Positions 18,818 through 29,005 are shown, counted from the first letter of the stretch. The stretch: 64,000 nucleotides of DNA from Candidatus Calditenuis fumarioli (GCA_030059665.1 JANVYR010000001.1:576001-640000), one strand, 5' to 3'. A program made the numbers and translations. Notes: a model not told the origin generated them from the letters alone.

Positions 18818-19628
18818 ACCCGAAAGGCAGCTTCAGGTTCCAGCCCGAGACGTCCTGCTCCTCCAGCTTCCTCCCGGAGATCACGAAGACCGTGTGGCCC
18901 CTCGTGACGTGGACCGGTCTCGTCGCACCCTCCCTCACCCTCCACGGCCTTATCATCAGCTCTCCGACGAAGAGATCGATGATGCCGTTCCTCCGCATCG
19001 CCACGACGGACCGCTCCAGCTGGTTGACCGACGGGACGATCGAGACCAACACCCCACCTCCCTTCAGGCACCTCCTCGCTGCGGGCATCACCTCCCACGG
19101 CTCGGGGACGTCGGCGACGAACCCGTCCGCTCCCTCGACGTCGGCGTCCCTCAGGTTCCCCCTCCTCAGCTCCAGGGCCTCCTGAACCCCCAGCCGCTCG
19201 GCCGCCTTCCTCACCGCGGGGAAATACTCGTCGGAGAGGTCGTAGCTGATCACCTTTCCTCCGGGATGGACTCGTGTGGCCAGGTAAAGGGCCAGGACGC
19301 CGCTTCCGGTACCTCCCTCGACGATCACCGATCCGGGCCTCGCGTCGAGAAGGAACGCCATCAGCCCTAGGTCCTTCGGGTAGACGATCTGGGTCTTCCT
19401 CGGCATCGAGGCCAGGAGGTCGTAGACCTGAGGGTAGAGGATCGCGACCTTGGTGCCGGTGCTGGTCTCCACCACGGAACCGTAGGGTTTCCCGACGAGC
19501 TCGTCGTGGCCGAGGACGCCGTCCTCGGAGTGGAAGCGCTCGCCCCTCTTCAGGGTGATCAGGTACCTGTTGCCCTTCTCCGTCAGCAGCAGCACCCGGT
19601 CGCCATGGGTGGGTGACCTCAGCTCCAA
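18810..19628 (-). CDS. trmI: tRNA (adenine-N1)-methyltransferase TrmI
   Basis: PRKTQIVYPKD, EGGTGSG, DVPEPW, TRP. Confidence 0.92.
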   Translation of the reverse strand: MELRSPTHGDRVLLLTEKGNRYLITLKRGERFHSEDGVLGHDELVGKPYGSVVETSTGTKVAILYPQVYDLLASMPRKTQIVYPKDLGLMAFLLDARPGSVIVEGGTGSGVLALYLATRVHPGGKVISYDLSDEYFPAVRKAAERLGVQEALELRRGNLRDADVEGADGFVADVPEPWEVMPAARRCLKGGGVLVSIVPSVNQLERSVVAMRRNGIIDLFVGELMIRPWRVREGATRPVHVTRGHTVFVISGRKLEEQDVSGWNLKLPFGFR

Positions 19629-19673
19629 CTCCCCTTCTCGTGACCCGGGCTCTCTTTAAAACCGGAACGCGGC

Positions 19674-20936
19674 TCAGACCTCGTATACCGCTCCTAACTC
19701 GGGATCCACCGCCTCCGTTCCGAGCTCCTCCCGCGCCCACCTTGCCAGCTCCGCGCAGGACTCCGGCTCACCGTGCACCGCGAAGACCCTCGCGCCCTCC
19801 GCGGTCCTCCTCAGGTAATCGTGGAGCTCCTTCCTTCCCGCGTGACCCGAGAGCCTGAACTGGGAGACCTTGGACCTGACGGTGACCGATTCGCCGTCCG
19901 CCTCGAGCACCTTCCTGCTGAGGACCGCCTCGCCCGGCGTGCCCGGGACCTGGAAGCTGACGAAGGTTATCGAGGAATCCTCGCGCTCCGCGACCGCCCT
20001 GGCGTAGTAGACGGCAGGCCCTCCCTGGAGCATCCCGGCCGGGGAGATCACGACCGCCGCCTCACTTGACAGGCGCTCCCTCATCCTCCTTCCCCTCACG
20101 TACCTCACCCTCTTCACGGCCTGGCCGAGCAGGTCAATCCCGTCGACGAACTCCTCCAGCTCGAGGTAGAGGTTGGTCAGCTCCTTAGCCATCCCGTCCA
20201 TGTAAACGTCGTGCGGGAAGTTCAGGGCCCTGAGGATCATCGCCACCTCCTGGGACCGGGAGACCGAGAAGGCCGGGACCAGAGCCGTCCCTCCCGACTC
20301 GACCGTCTCCCTCAGCTGCTCCACGAGCGCCCTCTCCAGCTCCCTCCTCGGCTGGTGGTCCTCCCTCGCGTAGGTCGACTCGGTTATCACGACGTCGAAG
20401 CCTCCCGATGGAACGTCGGCACCGTCCATCAGCCTCGTCTTGACGGTGGTGAAGTCGCCGGTGTAGAGCAGCGTCTTGTCCGAGTTCAGGATCACCTGCG
20501 CGCTCCCTGGGATGTGGCCGGCGTCGATCAGCTCGATCTCGACGTCCTTGACCCTCACCGTCTCGTTGAAGTTGACGCGCTCCCCCTTCCCGAGCGCCTT
20601 CCGGACCTCTAGCTCACCGAAGAAGAGCCGGTCGCCGTTCAGCTTGATCATGTCGTTGAGCAGGTACTCCGACTGCCGGTACGTGGCCTCGGTCGCGATC
20701 AGCCTTGGGCTGGCGCTGACGAAGAGCATAGGGATCGCTCCGGAGTGGTCGAGGTGCGCGTGCGTCAGGACAACGGCGTCCAGGTCCTTCGGCGACACGT
20801 GCATCGGGAAGTGGATCTCGTCCTCCGGGTCCACCTTCACCCCGTAGTCCAGCAGTATCCTCGCTCCGCCCTTGCTCTTGACGAGTATCGCTGACCTTCC
20901 CACCTCTCTGGCCCCTCCGAGGAACCTTATCTCCAT
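19674..20936 (-). CDS. MBL-fold beta-CASP ribonuclease
   Basis: LGGAREVGRS, THAHLDHSG, AGHIPGS, YTGDF, ESTY, SGHAG, VHGE. Confidence 0.9.
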   Translation of the reverse strand: MEIRFLGGAREVGRSAILVKSKGGARILLDYGVKVDPEDEIHFPMHVSPKDLDAVVLTHAHLDHSGAIPMLFVSASPRLIATEATYRQSEYLLNDMIKLNGDRLFFGELEVRKALGKGERVNFNETVRVKDVEIELIDAGHIPGSAQVILNSDKTLLYTGDFTTVKTRLMDGADVPSGGFDVVITESTYAREDHQPRRELERALVEQLRETVESGGTALVPAFSVSRSQEVAMILRALNFPHDVYMDGMAKELTNLYLELEEFVDGIDLLGQAVKRVRYVRGRRMRERLSSEAAVVISPAGMLQGGPAVYYARAVAEREDSSITFVSFQVPGTPGEAVLSRKVLEADGESVTVRSKVSQFRLSGHAGRKELHDYLRRTAEGARVFAVHGEPESCAELARWAREELGTEAVDPELGAVYEV

Positions 20937-21076
20937 CCCTCGCTCACTTTCCCGTTAATCCTGCCCGTCCATCAACAACCACAGTAATAAACTGAGCGGT
21001 TAAGCGGGGGACGTCACGTGCTTCGGGAGCTGGAGCCTGTGGCCCGGGATCTGATGGGCGATGGGTCAGCGGGCGG

Positions 21077-21280
21077 TCACTTCTTCGAGGAGAGCCACCA
21101 GGTCAGGTACTCGTCCTTCCAGCGCTTTGCTCGTTCCTGTCTCTCCCTCTCCGCCCTCACCCTCTCGGTTGCCTCAAGCAGCTCCTGGAGGTTCATGACG
21201 GTGCCGCACGACGTGCAGACGTACTGCTTCACCGAGCGCTCGTAGACCATCGTCCCACCGCACTCGGGGCACGGCCTCAT
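21077..21280 (-). CDS. Small zinc-ribbon protein
   Basis: CPECGG...CTSCG followed by a charged helix ending in WWL. Confidence 0.65.
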   Translation of the reverse strand: MRPCPECGGTMVYERSVKQYVCTSCGTVMNLQELLEATERVRAERERQERAKRWKDEYLTWWLSSKK

Positions 21281-21348
21281 CCACGCTCGCCTCCCATCAG
21301 CAGGTTTTGAGTCTTTTGCAGGTCGACCGGCGCGTGGGCTCGTCCCTC

Positions 21349-22290
21349 TCAGTACATCTCACGGAGCACGTCCTCGGGCAGGAAGGCCCGCTCGATCTCC
21401 CGATAGCGCTCTATCCCGACCAGGGAGTGATGGTCTGAGGTGGGAAGCCCCTCCTCGAGCTGCTCCAGCTCCCACTGGGCCTCCTCCTGCCGCTCAAGCA
21501 GAGCCTTCGCGAACCTGTATACCGCGGCCATCTCCGCGTGGAGCGCCCCCATGCTCACGATTATCAGCTTGTAACCCCTCGAGGCTATCTCCCGGAATCT
21601 GAGTCTGCTCCTCGATTTCGTCCATCTGAAGCTGGAGGAGTAGTTGAAGAGGAGGGGAACGTCCGGGTGCTCGGCCCTCACCCGCTCCGCGAAGTCCCAG
21701 GCCCTCTCGTCGTCAGGTCCCGTGAACTCGGCCCAGAGGACGTCAGCTCCGGCGTCCGCGAAGGCGATCGCCCTCCTGACGGCCTCCTCGAGCGTTCCTC
21801 CCTTCGTGCCCAGGACGTCGGTCCTCGCTATCAGGACGAAGTCCGGGTCGACCTGGTCGCGGGTCCTGCAGAGCGATCTCACCTTCAGCACCGCCTCCTG
21901 GAAGGGGAGCACGGTCTTCCCGGCAAGGTGGCCGCACCTCTTCGGGAACCTCTGGTCCTCCACGTGGATCGCAGCCACCCCTGCCCTCACGAACTCCTCC
22001 ACCGTTCTGGTGGCCGTGACGGCGTTGCCGTAGCCGTCGTCGGCGTCCGAGATCACAGGTATCCGGACGGCCCTCGCCACCCTACCGGCGAACTCGACCA
22101 TCTCGGTCATCGTCAGGAACCCGATGTCGGGCCTCGTCAGGTACCCGATGGAGCAGGAGTAGCCGCTGACGTAGGCGACCTTCAGCCCCACCATCTCGAG
22201 TAGCTTCGCCTGAATGGGCGTGTAGACGCCGGTGGTCCAGACGTACTCCTCCTTCCTGAGGAGGTTCCGCAGCTCCCTCGAGCTGTCCAC
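21349..22290 (-). CDS. aceA: Isocitrate lyase, short archaeal (Haloferax-like) type; ICL/PEP-mutase family
   Basis: DADDGYG, EDQ..PKRCGH, IARTD, FNYSSSF.W. The last motif is ICL-like rather than PrpB-like. Confidence 0.72.
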   Translation of the reverse strand: MDSSRELRNLLRKEEYVWTTGVYTPIQAKLLEMVGLKVAYVSGYSCSIGYLTRPDIGFLTMTEMVEFAGRVARAVRIPVISDADDGYGNAVTATRTVEEFVRAGVAAIHVEDQRFPKRCGHLAGKTVLPFQEAVLKVRSLCRTRDQVDPDFVLIARTDVLGTKGGTLEEAVRRAIAFADAGADVLWAEFTGPDDERAWDFAERVRAEHPDVPLLFNYSSSFRWTKSRSRLRFREIASRGYKLIIVSMGALHAEMAAVYRFAKALLERQEEAQWELEQLEEGLPTSDHHSLVGIERYREIERAFLPEDVLREMY

Positions 22291-22513
22291 ACCTTTTCCA
22301 ACTCGGGTCCGGCTAAAGCGTTACCCCCTCAACGCGTTGTCTCGATCCGTGGAGAGAGATCCATCGCACACGCTTTCCGGTGTTGGTGGAATGACCGAGC
22401 GGGTCGGAGGGTGAGAGTAGCGGCACTCCGCTTGGATCCCTAGCGCAACTGGAGGGAGCAAGAAACGCGTGACCTGATCACCGTTTATCCCGTGCCGCTC
22501 CAGGGCATTCAGG

Positions 22514-22813
22514 ATGGCCAGCCTCTCCGAGCTCCAGAGGATGATGGACCGGCTCTACGGCGACCGCGACAGGAAAAGGGGGCCCGAGCGGACGCTGCTC
22601 TGGCTCGTCTCCGAGGTGGCCGAGGTCGCGGAGGTCCTGATCAAGGGCAAGGCCTCTGGATCCAGCTACGAGGACGAGCTGGCCGATGCCCTGGCCTGGC
22701 TCCTCAGCTTCTCGAACCTGGTCGGCGTGGACCTGGAGTCGGCCTTCATGAGGAGGTACGGATCAGGGTGTCCCCGTTGCAAGCGGATCCCCTGCGTCTG
22801 CCCGGAGCGATGA
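22514..22813 (+). CDS. MazG-like NTP pyrophosphohydrolase
   Basis: LWLVSEVAEVAE, DELADALAWL, C-terminal CPRC...C.C. Confidence 0.85.
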   Translation: MASLSELQRMMDRLYGDRDRKRGPERTLLWLVSEVAEVAEVLIKGKASGSSYEDELADALAWLLSFSNLVGVDLESAFMRRYGSGCPRCKRIPCVCPER

Positions 22814-22846
22814 GGTCGTTCCGGATATCCGGTGAGCAGAGCCACC

Positions 22847-23650
22847 TCAGTCGGTGAGGAAGCCGCCGTCGACCGCGATCACGGCGCCGTTGACGTAGCT
22901 CGAGAGGTCGGAGGCCAGGAAAAGCACGACCCGTGCCACCTCGTCCGGCTCCCCCAGCCTGCCGAGAGGTACCCTGCGGAGGAAGCTCGCCCCCGTCAGA
23001 AGGAATCCGAAGTCGAGCCTCTTCAGCGCCTCGTTCCTCATCCTGTCCGCGCCCGGAGTTTTGATCCCGCCGGGCATGACCGCGTTGACCCTGAAGCCCT
23101 TCGGTCCGTACTCCCTAGCGAGCGCCCTCGTAAGAGCCAGCACTCCGATCTTGCTTATGCCGTAATGCACGAGTCCCCTCACAAGGTGGAGGACCGCCTC
23201 GACGGAGCTGACGTTGATTATGTTTCCACCCTGCTTCTCCCTGTGTTTTATCATGTGCTGACACATGTAGAACACCGACTTCAGATTGACCGCCATCGTC
23301 CTCTCAAGCAGGGCCTCGTCCACCTCGAGGAAGTCCCTCGACTGGTAGATGCCTGCGTTGTTCACCAGTATGTCCGGAGGGTTGTCGCCGATCTCGTTCC
23401 AGAGCGCCTCGATCTGTTCCCTCCTCGAGAGGTCGACGACGTGCTGCGTCACCTTCCTGCCGAACGTGCTGGATATTTCGGACGCGGCCTCGGCGAGCGC
23501 CTCCGCGTTGACGTCCACCAGCATCAGGTCCGCACCTGCCTCCGCAAGCCTCTCCGATATGGCCCTTCCTATGCCCATCGCCGCACCAGTGACAAGTGCG
23601 GTTCTCCCCTTGAGGGAGATGAGGTCTGCAATTGTTTTGCTGTTGTGCAC
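22847..23650 (-). CDS. Short-chain dehydrogenase/reductase
   Basis: TGAAMGIG, NNAG, YGISK, VNAVMPG. Start set at GTG 23650. Confidence 0.9.
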   Translation of the reverse strand: MHNSKTIADLISLKGRTALVTGAAMGIGRAISERLAEAGADLMLVDVNAEALAEAASEISSTFGRKVTQHVVDLSRREQIEALWNEIGDNPPDILVNNAGIYQSRDFLEVDEALLERTMAVNLKSVFYMCQHMIKHREKQGGNIINVSSVEAVLHLVRGLVHYGISKIGVLALTRALAREYGPKGFRVNAVMPGGIKTPGADRMRNEALKRLDFGFLLTGASFLRRVPLGRLGEPDEVARVVLFLASDLSSYVNGAVIAVDGGFLTD

Positions 23651-23711
23651 GACTTCACACGTCCTGCGGCCTGCATAAGCCTTTTCATCCCCGGGGACAC
23701 AATAGAACTGG

Positions 23712-25382
23712 GTGACCTTCGTGGAGGAGGTCCGGGTTGACGCACTCGTGGTGGGATCAGGTGCTGCAGGCCTGGTGGGAGCCCTGACGATAAGACACGC
23801 TGGATACGAGGTGCTTCTGGTGGAGAAGACCGAGCTCATCGGTGGATCGAGCGCCATGTCCGGCGGCGGCCTCTGGATACCGAACAATCCGGTTTCGGCA
23901 GAGGCGGGCGTCGAGGACTCCTTCGAGCAGGCCCTCACTTACCTCCGCAACGTCGTCCCGGAGATGAGGGATGCATCGTCCCTCGAACGGATCAAGGCCT
24001 ACCTCACGTACGGGCCGGAGATGGTGCGCTTCCTGAGGGATCTGGGCTTCAGGTGGAGACCATCGCTCGGATATCCCGATTACTACCCCGAGGTCCCCGG
24101 AGGATCCGTAAAGGGCAGGTGCATTGAGGGAGCCGTCTTCAACGGGAGGAAGCTGGGGGAGTGGAGAAAGAGGCTGCGACGGTACCCGGGAGCGCCTCCG
24201 CTGCCGATCCACACCAACGAGGCGTGGCGCCTGTACCTCATGAGGAGCAGGATCGGGGTGGCAGCTCTTCTCAGGATAGGATTCAGGCTGTTGGGAAACT
24301 GGATGCTGGGAAGGATACCGCTGACTCTGGGAGCCTCCCTCGTCGGGCAGCTCCTCTACCTCTGCCTGAAGCACGGCGTTCGGATCTGGCTGGAGTCTCC
24401 CCTCGTTGAGCTGGTGACCGATGACGGTCGGGTCATCGGGGCCGTGGTCATGCACGAAGGCAGGTACGTCCGCGTGACCGCGAAAGGAGGGGTGCTTCTC
24501 GCTGCGGGTGGGTTCGAGCACAACCAGGAGATGCGCGAGCGGTTCCTGCCTAAACCTACAAGCACCGAGTGGGCGGTGGGCTCTCCCGGCAACACTGGCG
24601 ACGCCATTAGCGCAGCCATGAGAATCGGTGCCAGGGTCGCTCTCATGGACAAGGCCTGGGGAGGGCCCGTGGCCGTCACTCCCGAGGGTAAGCCTCTCTT
24701 CCTGCTCGCCGAGAGGTCGCTGCCTTTCGGGATCATCGTCGACTCCAGCGGCGAGCGTTTCATGAATGAGTCGGCCTCCTATGTTGACTGCTGGCACAGC
24801 ATATATCGGAGGAACAGGGAGGTACCAGCGATACCGTCTTGGCTGATCATCGATAACAGGCACAGGTCGAGGTACCTCTTCGGGACCTTGCCTCCGGGCT
24901 ACACTCCATCGAAGGCGACCAGCTCTCGCTTCCTCGTGAGGGCTCGCTCTCTCGATGAGCTCGCCGAGAAGGTAGGCGTTGACTCGCAGGGCCTGAAGGC
25001 GACGGTGAGGAGGTTCAACGAGATGGCCAGGAAAGGGAGGGACGAGGACTTCAAACGAGGAGAGAGCGCTTACGACCGCTTCTATTCGGATCCCTACGTG
25101 AGGCCCAATCCGAACCTCGGTCCGGTGGAGAAACCACCGTTCTACGCCACCGCCGTCTATCCCGGAGAGCTGGGGACTTGCGGCGGCCTACTGACCGACG
25201 AGTGGGCGAGGGTCCTGCACGAGGACGGCCACCCGATAGAGGGCCTTTACGCTGCGGGTAACGCGTCAGCCTCCGTCTTCGGCGGAACCTACCCTGGCCC
25301 GGGATCGACGTTGGGGCCCGCCTGCACCTTCGCCTACATAGCGGCCAGACACATCGTTCAGCGCCTCCGCGAGATGCCTTGA
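23712..25382 (+). CDS. FAD-dependent 3-ketosteroid-delta1-dehydrogenase-like flavoprotein
   Basis: GSGAAG, GGSSAMSGGGLWIPNN, YPDYY, ERSLP..IIVD..GERF.NES, YPGPGSTLG. Confidence 0.8.
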   Translation: MTFVEEVRVDALVVGSGAAGLVGALTIRHAGYEVLLVEKTELIGGSSAMSGGGLWIPNNPVSAEAGVEDSFEQALTYLRNVVPEMRDASSLERIKAYLTYGPEMVRFLRDLGFRWRPSLGYPDYYPEVPGGSVKGRCIEGAVFNGRKLGEWRKRLRRYPGAPPLPIHTNEAWRLYLMRSRIGVAALLRIGFRLLGNWMLGRIPLTLGASLVGQLLYLCLKHGVRIWLESPLVELVTDDGRVIGAVVMHEGRYVRVTAKGGVLLAAGGFEHNQEMRERFLPKPTSTEWAVGSPGNTGDAISAAMRIGARVALMDKAWGGPVAVTPEGKPLFLLAERSLPFGIIVDSSGERFMNESASYVDCWHSIYRRNREVPAIPSWLIIDNRHRSRYLFGTLPPGYTPSKATSSRFLVRARSLDELAEKVGVDSQGLKATVRRFNEMARKGRDEDFKRGESAYDRFYSDPYVRPNPNLGPVEKPPFYATAVYPGELGTCGGLLTDEWARVLHEDGHPIEGLYAAGNASASVFGGTYPGPGSTLGPACTFAYIAARHIVQRLREMP

Positions 25383-25473
25383 TGCCGTCGTGTCCCTTCA
25401 CCTGCGGCCCCACTGGATCCCAGAATCGCGTTTCCGAGAAAGGGATATTGGAGACGGCGACCCACTTCGTGCG

Positions 25474-25839
25474 TTGCCCTTCAAGGTGAAGCGGGTCTAC
25501 GAGGCGCCCTCGCCCGATGACGGGTTCAGGGTCCTCGTCGACAGGTTATGGCCCAGGGGCCTGAGCAAGTCCACGGCAAGGGTCGACCTATGGCTGAAGG
25601 AGGTGGCGCCCTCGGATTCCCTCCGGAAATGGTTCGGTCACGACCCCAGGAGGTGGGAGGAGTTCAGGCGTAGGTACTTCGCCGAGCTCGAGGGGAAGAA
25701 GGACCTAGTGCGGGTGCTGATCGATGCGGAGCGGGAGCACGGGACAGTCACGCTCCTCTACTCCGCGAAGGACGCGCTTCACAACAACGCGGTAGCCCTG
25801 CTCGAGTACCTTCAGGGCGAGCTCAGCCGTAGGTCGTGA
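25474..25839 (+). CDS. DUF488/YeaO family protein
   Basis: KRVYE...DGFRVLVDRLWPRGLSK, APS..LRKWFGHD, HNNAVAL. Confidence 0.9.
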   Translation: MPFKVKRVYEAPSPDDGFRVLVDRLWPRGLSKSTARVDLWLKEVAPSDSLRKWFGHDPRRWEEFRRRYFAELEGKKDLVRVLIDAEREHGTVTLLYSAKDALHNNAVALLEYLQGELSRRS

Positions 25840-26836
25840 CGACCCTCAGCCAGTCCCGAAGGCGTATCTCCATCCCGTACCTCAGCTCCTTCGACTTCAT
25901 GTGGAGGAAGATCCCGAGCAGCAGCCTCAGGTTCGTCAGCGGGTTCCCCTCGCCGCGTATCTTGTTCCTGATGTACCTGAACGCGGTCCAGAGGGGCTCG
26001 AAGAACCCGATCAACTTCGAAGGGTACTCCTCGAGCCTTCCCTCACGGAGAAGGGACGAGAACAGCTCAGCCGACTGCATCCCCGGTATGATGCCCTCCC
26101 CGAGGACGGGGTAGACGGCTCCCACGCTCTCGCCGACACCGTAGACGTTGCCATGGACTATGGGGACCGCGAGACGGGGCGGGGTTATCCTGACGGGCCT
26201 TCCGACCTTCGCGATCACCTCTCCGCCGTTCCTCGCCACGAACTCGTTCAGGACCTCGACGTGGCGCTTGTAGTAGTCACCTGCCCCGACGTGGGCCAGC
26301 CCGTCGCCCAGGGGGAAGTACCAGAAGTAACCCGAGAGCGGTTTGATGGGTTTGACGTAGAAGTCGTCGAGCGGGGGGTCCCTGTACCTGATCAGGTACT
26401 CCAGAGTCGGGATGTAGTAGTCCTTCTGGAGCCTTGGGAGCAGCACCCTGTGGAAGCCTGTGGCGTCGACCACCACGTCGCCCCTCACCTCGTCGACCCT
26501 TCTGACCTCAGCTCCGTACGTGACCTCGACCCTCCTGTGCATGTCGAGGATCAGCCTCCGCTTGTCGAAGGTGCAGAGCCCCTTCAGCGGGACTTCGATC
26601 GCTTCGTCTCCGAGGTCAACAGTCATCCGCTTTCCGACGTGGAGGACGTAGTCGTCGAACTCGATGTCGACGAGCTCCAGTAGCCTCCTCATCTCGTGGT
26701 AGCTCGTGCCCCAGGCGCAGACCGCCCTGAAGCTCTCCGGTCTCTGTCGCTCGAGGACCCTCAGGTCGTGCTCCCCCCTAAGCAGGTTCGCGAGGTAGCT
26801 CCCGACGATCCCGCCGCCCGCGATCGTCACCCTCAT
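25823..26836 (-). CDS. Geranylgeranyl-reductase-like FAD oxidoreductase
   Basis: GGGIVG, CAWG, GYFWYFP, GES.G.VYP..GEGI. Confidence 0.8.
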   Translation of the reverse strand: MRVTIAGGGIVGSYLANLLRGEHDLRVLERQRPESFRAVCAWGTSYHEMRRLLELVDIEFDDYVLHVGKRMTVDLGDEAIEVPLKGLCTFDKRRLILDMHRRVEVTYGAEVRRVDEVRGDVVVDATGFHRVLLPRLQKDYYIPTLEYLIRYRDPPLDDFYVKPIKPLSGYFWYFPLGDGLAHVGAGDYYKRHVEVLNEFVARNGGEVIAKVGRPVRITPPRLAVPIVHGNVYGVGESVGAVYPVLGEGIIPGMQSAELFSSLLREGRLEEYPSKLIGFFEPLWTAFRYIRNKIRGEGNPLTNLRLLLGIFLHMKSKELRYGMEIRLRDWLRVVTTYG

Positions 26837-26994
26837 CCGGAAGACGGTTCTCGGAGCGGCTATTATCGGTAAGCTCCCGTATGGGGACCGGGTCATCGAT
26901 CATTTCTCATAATCCCATCCAGGCGCGCTGTAGCTCTATGTCCAATAAAGACTGTTGCATGCCGCACGTCGGATGATTAACCTTTTTCAGCCGG

Positions 26995-28116
26995 TTGAGG
27001 AATGCGAACGTAGGGAAGCTCTTGATCAAACTGCACTTGAGGAACTTCAAGGGCGTAGTTGAGGGAGAGATAGAGCTTCCTGACGTCTCGATATTAGTAG
27101 GAGGAAACAACTCGGGCAAGTCGACCATTTTGGAGGCGATCTTCCTAGCTCCTGATCCCTTAAGGGGGACTCCATACGGAGCTAAGATGCCTCCAATTGC
27201 AGTAATCGAACGCATACATTCTACACTTCGGGGTCGAGGATATGCCTTCCTCCTCAACAATTATTCAGCCGATACCGCAGAAATCTCCCTATCAGTTGAC
27301 TCAAAGGAATTTAACCTTCACATCGTTAAAGGCGAGCGTACTATTGGATTCTGTACGAAAAACCCAGCAGGTTTAACTTATTTTTATGGTGCTGGAGACA
27401 AGTTCTCAACTACATACTATTTGACTTTCGGCCAGCCATATAACGACACTTATCCACAAAGTTGTATGGACGATGCTGAAAGGACCCGAAGATTCATAGA
27501 GCGAGCGGGCCTCAGTTTCGACTATATTATCAAGCGTCGAGATCGTATTGAGACACTCCTTTATCATCCATCTTTACTTGATCTTGTAATCGAAGGTCTT
27601 CCGCATAGGTGGGCAGAGGTACAACCTTTAACCAAGAGCGTCGCATCGAAATTATCAGGTCTTTCGTGGGATGCGATTGTAAACATCACGTTCGAGCCGT
27701 TCGGAGGCTCGGTTGAAAACATCACACTCTACGCGCAATTGGAAGATGGTAGGAGGGTCAGAATAGGTGACCTAGGGGACGGAGCTAAAAACTTGTTAGT
27801 CAGTATGCTCCTCTACGAGATCTCACGACCTAAAATTCTGCTATTAGATGACCTGGAGAGTCACATGAACCCTAGAGCATTGGACGTGATGTTCGATTGG
27901 TTATGGGATGAAATCAAAGAGGGTCTCCGGGTTGTGGCGTCCACACACAACATAGAAGTGGCAAAGAGGTTTCTGAGCAGGTTTGATCAGTCAAAGGCCA
28001 TCCTAGTGGGGCTGAAGCAAGGCAGGCTTGGTTACAGGTCGTTCACGTTAGACGAACTCGAAGATTTGGAGGCGGGGGGCCTGGACATCCGAGTTGCGGA
28101 GGCCTTTCTGCTATGA
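26995..28116 (+). CDS. ABC/SMC-type ATPase (AAA_15/AAA_21-like)
   Basis: LRNFKG, GGNNSGKSTILEA, LGDG signature, LLDDLESHMNP, STHN; AT-richer than its flanks. Confidence 0.85.
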   Translation: MRNANVGKLLIKLHLRNFKGVVEGEIELPDVSILVGGNNSGKSTILEAIFLAPDPLRGTPYGAKMPPIAVIERIHSTLRGRGYAFLLNNYSADTAEISLSVDSKEFNLHIVKGERTIGFCTKNPAGLTYFYGAGDKFSTTYYLTFGQPYNDTYPQSCMDDAERTRRFIERAGLSFDYIIKRRDRIETLLYHPSLLDLVIEGLPHRWAEVQPLTKSVASKLSGLSWDAIVNITFEPFGGSVENITLYAQLEDGRRVRIGDLGDGAKNLLVSMLLYEISRPKILLLDDLESHMNPRALDVMFDWLWDEIKEGLRVVASTHNIEVAKRFLSRFDQSKAILVGLKQGRLGYRSFTLDELEDLEAGGLDIRVAEAFLL

Positions 28117-28862
28117 GGCTTGACATCACATCAGCAAAATACCGGATAAAGTCGGCTATAGAAAAGGCGTTTGATCTTTGCAGCATTCAACTTAAGCGGG
28201 CGATGGGTGAAATAGAGCTTGTGGTCGTTATAATGGACGGTAGCGAGGACTCACGTGTCATTGCCTTACTACTGCACAGACTTAACGGAGAATGCTCAGC
28301 AGCCATAATCACACCAAAAGATCTCGGAACGGACAACGTTGGCAAAAATCTCGCAACCTATATGAGCAAGGGAGTGAAGCAAAGGGCATTCCTCGTTGTG
28401 CTCGATCAAGAGGAGCTACAGTTAAATGAAGTATGGCGAAGGATTGAGGATTCGCTCAAAAAGCACGGAATTGCATACAAAGAGTGCGAACCCGGAGATA
28501 GGTGGAAAATATATTCGTGTAACCACGGTGATAAAGAGTTCCTCGTTGGCGTTGTCATTAACGGGCGAGATCTGCCGTTCCAAAAGCATTCTATTGAGGA
28601 CCACCTGCTCGAGCTGCTCAACAAGCTCGCGGACACGACGTCATCACAACAGTTAACCAGTCTGAGAGTAGCTGCTAATTCATCTAAGGATGCATGGTCG
28701 AAAATTGCAAAGAATAACCACGATGTCCAGCGGATGGTTTACAGTGCGGTCGTGAACAGCGAACACGCTTCCACTGTTTTCCAGCAACATGTGAACGCTG
28801 TAGAGAGATTGAGGAAGATGCTGCGTGGGCAGAGGTTCGATTGTGGTAAGTCATCAACGTGA
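28113..28862 (+). CDS. TOPRIM-like (DUF3226-like) partner of the ATPase
   Basis: Translationally coupled. DGSED, VLDQE and IEDHL acidic motifs are spaced like a TOPRIM domain. Confidence 0.55.
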   Translation: MRLDITSAKYRIKSAIEKAFDLCSIQLKRAMGEIELVVVIMDGSEDSRVIALLLHRLNGECSAAIITPKDLGTDNVGKNLATYMSKGVKQRAFLVVLDQEELQLNEVWRRIEDSLKKHGIAYKECEPGDRWKIYSCNHGDKEFLVGVVINGRDLPFQKHSIEDHLLELLNKLADTTSSQQLTSLRVAANSSKDAWSKIAKNNHDVQRMVYSAVVNSEHASTVFQQHVNAVERLRKMLRGQRFDCGKSST

Positions 28863-29005
28863 TCCCGTCATAACACCGTTAACCCTGAGCGGGTAATGCG
28901 TAACATCCGAGGGTGAGTGTCGAGGACTGTTGGGAGTCGTAGGAAGGTCATTCCCTCTGCCATAAAACCAGTACCGTCAGACCGTCAGCATACCGTTAAC
29001 ATGTC

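Noticed and set aside
22415-22500. H/ACA-like hairpin (AGCGGCAC/GTGCCGCT) upstream of mazG
   Set aside because: No ACA tail or clear K-turn, and an 8-bp GC-rich stem is weak evidence alone.
26880-29005. Integrated element with an att duplication at tRNA-Leu
   Set aside because: No copy of the tRNA 3' end and no integrase were found; only the compositional shift supports foreign origin.
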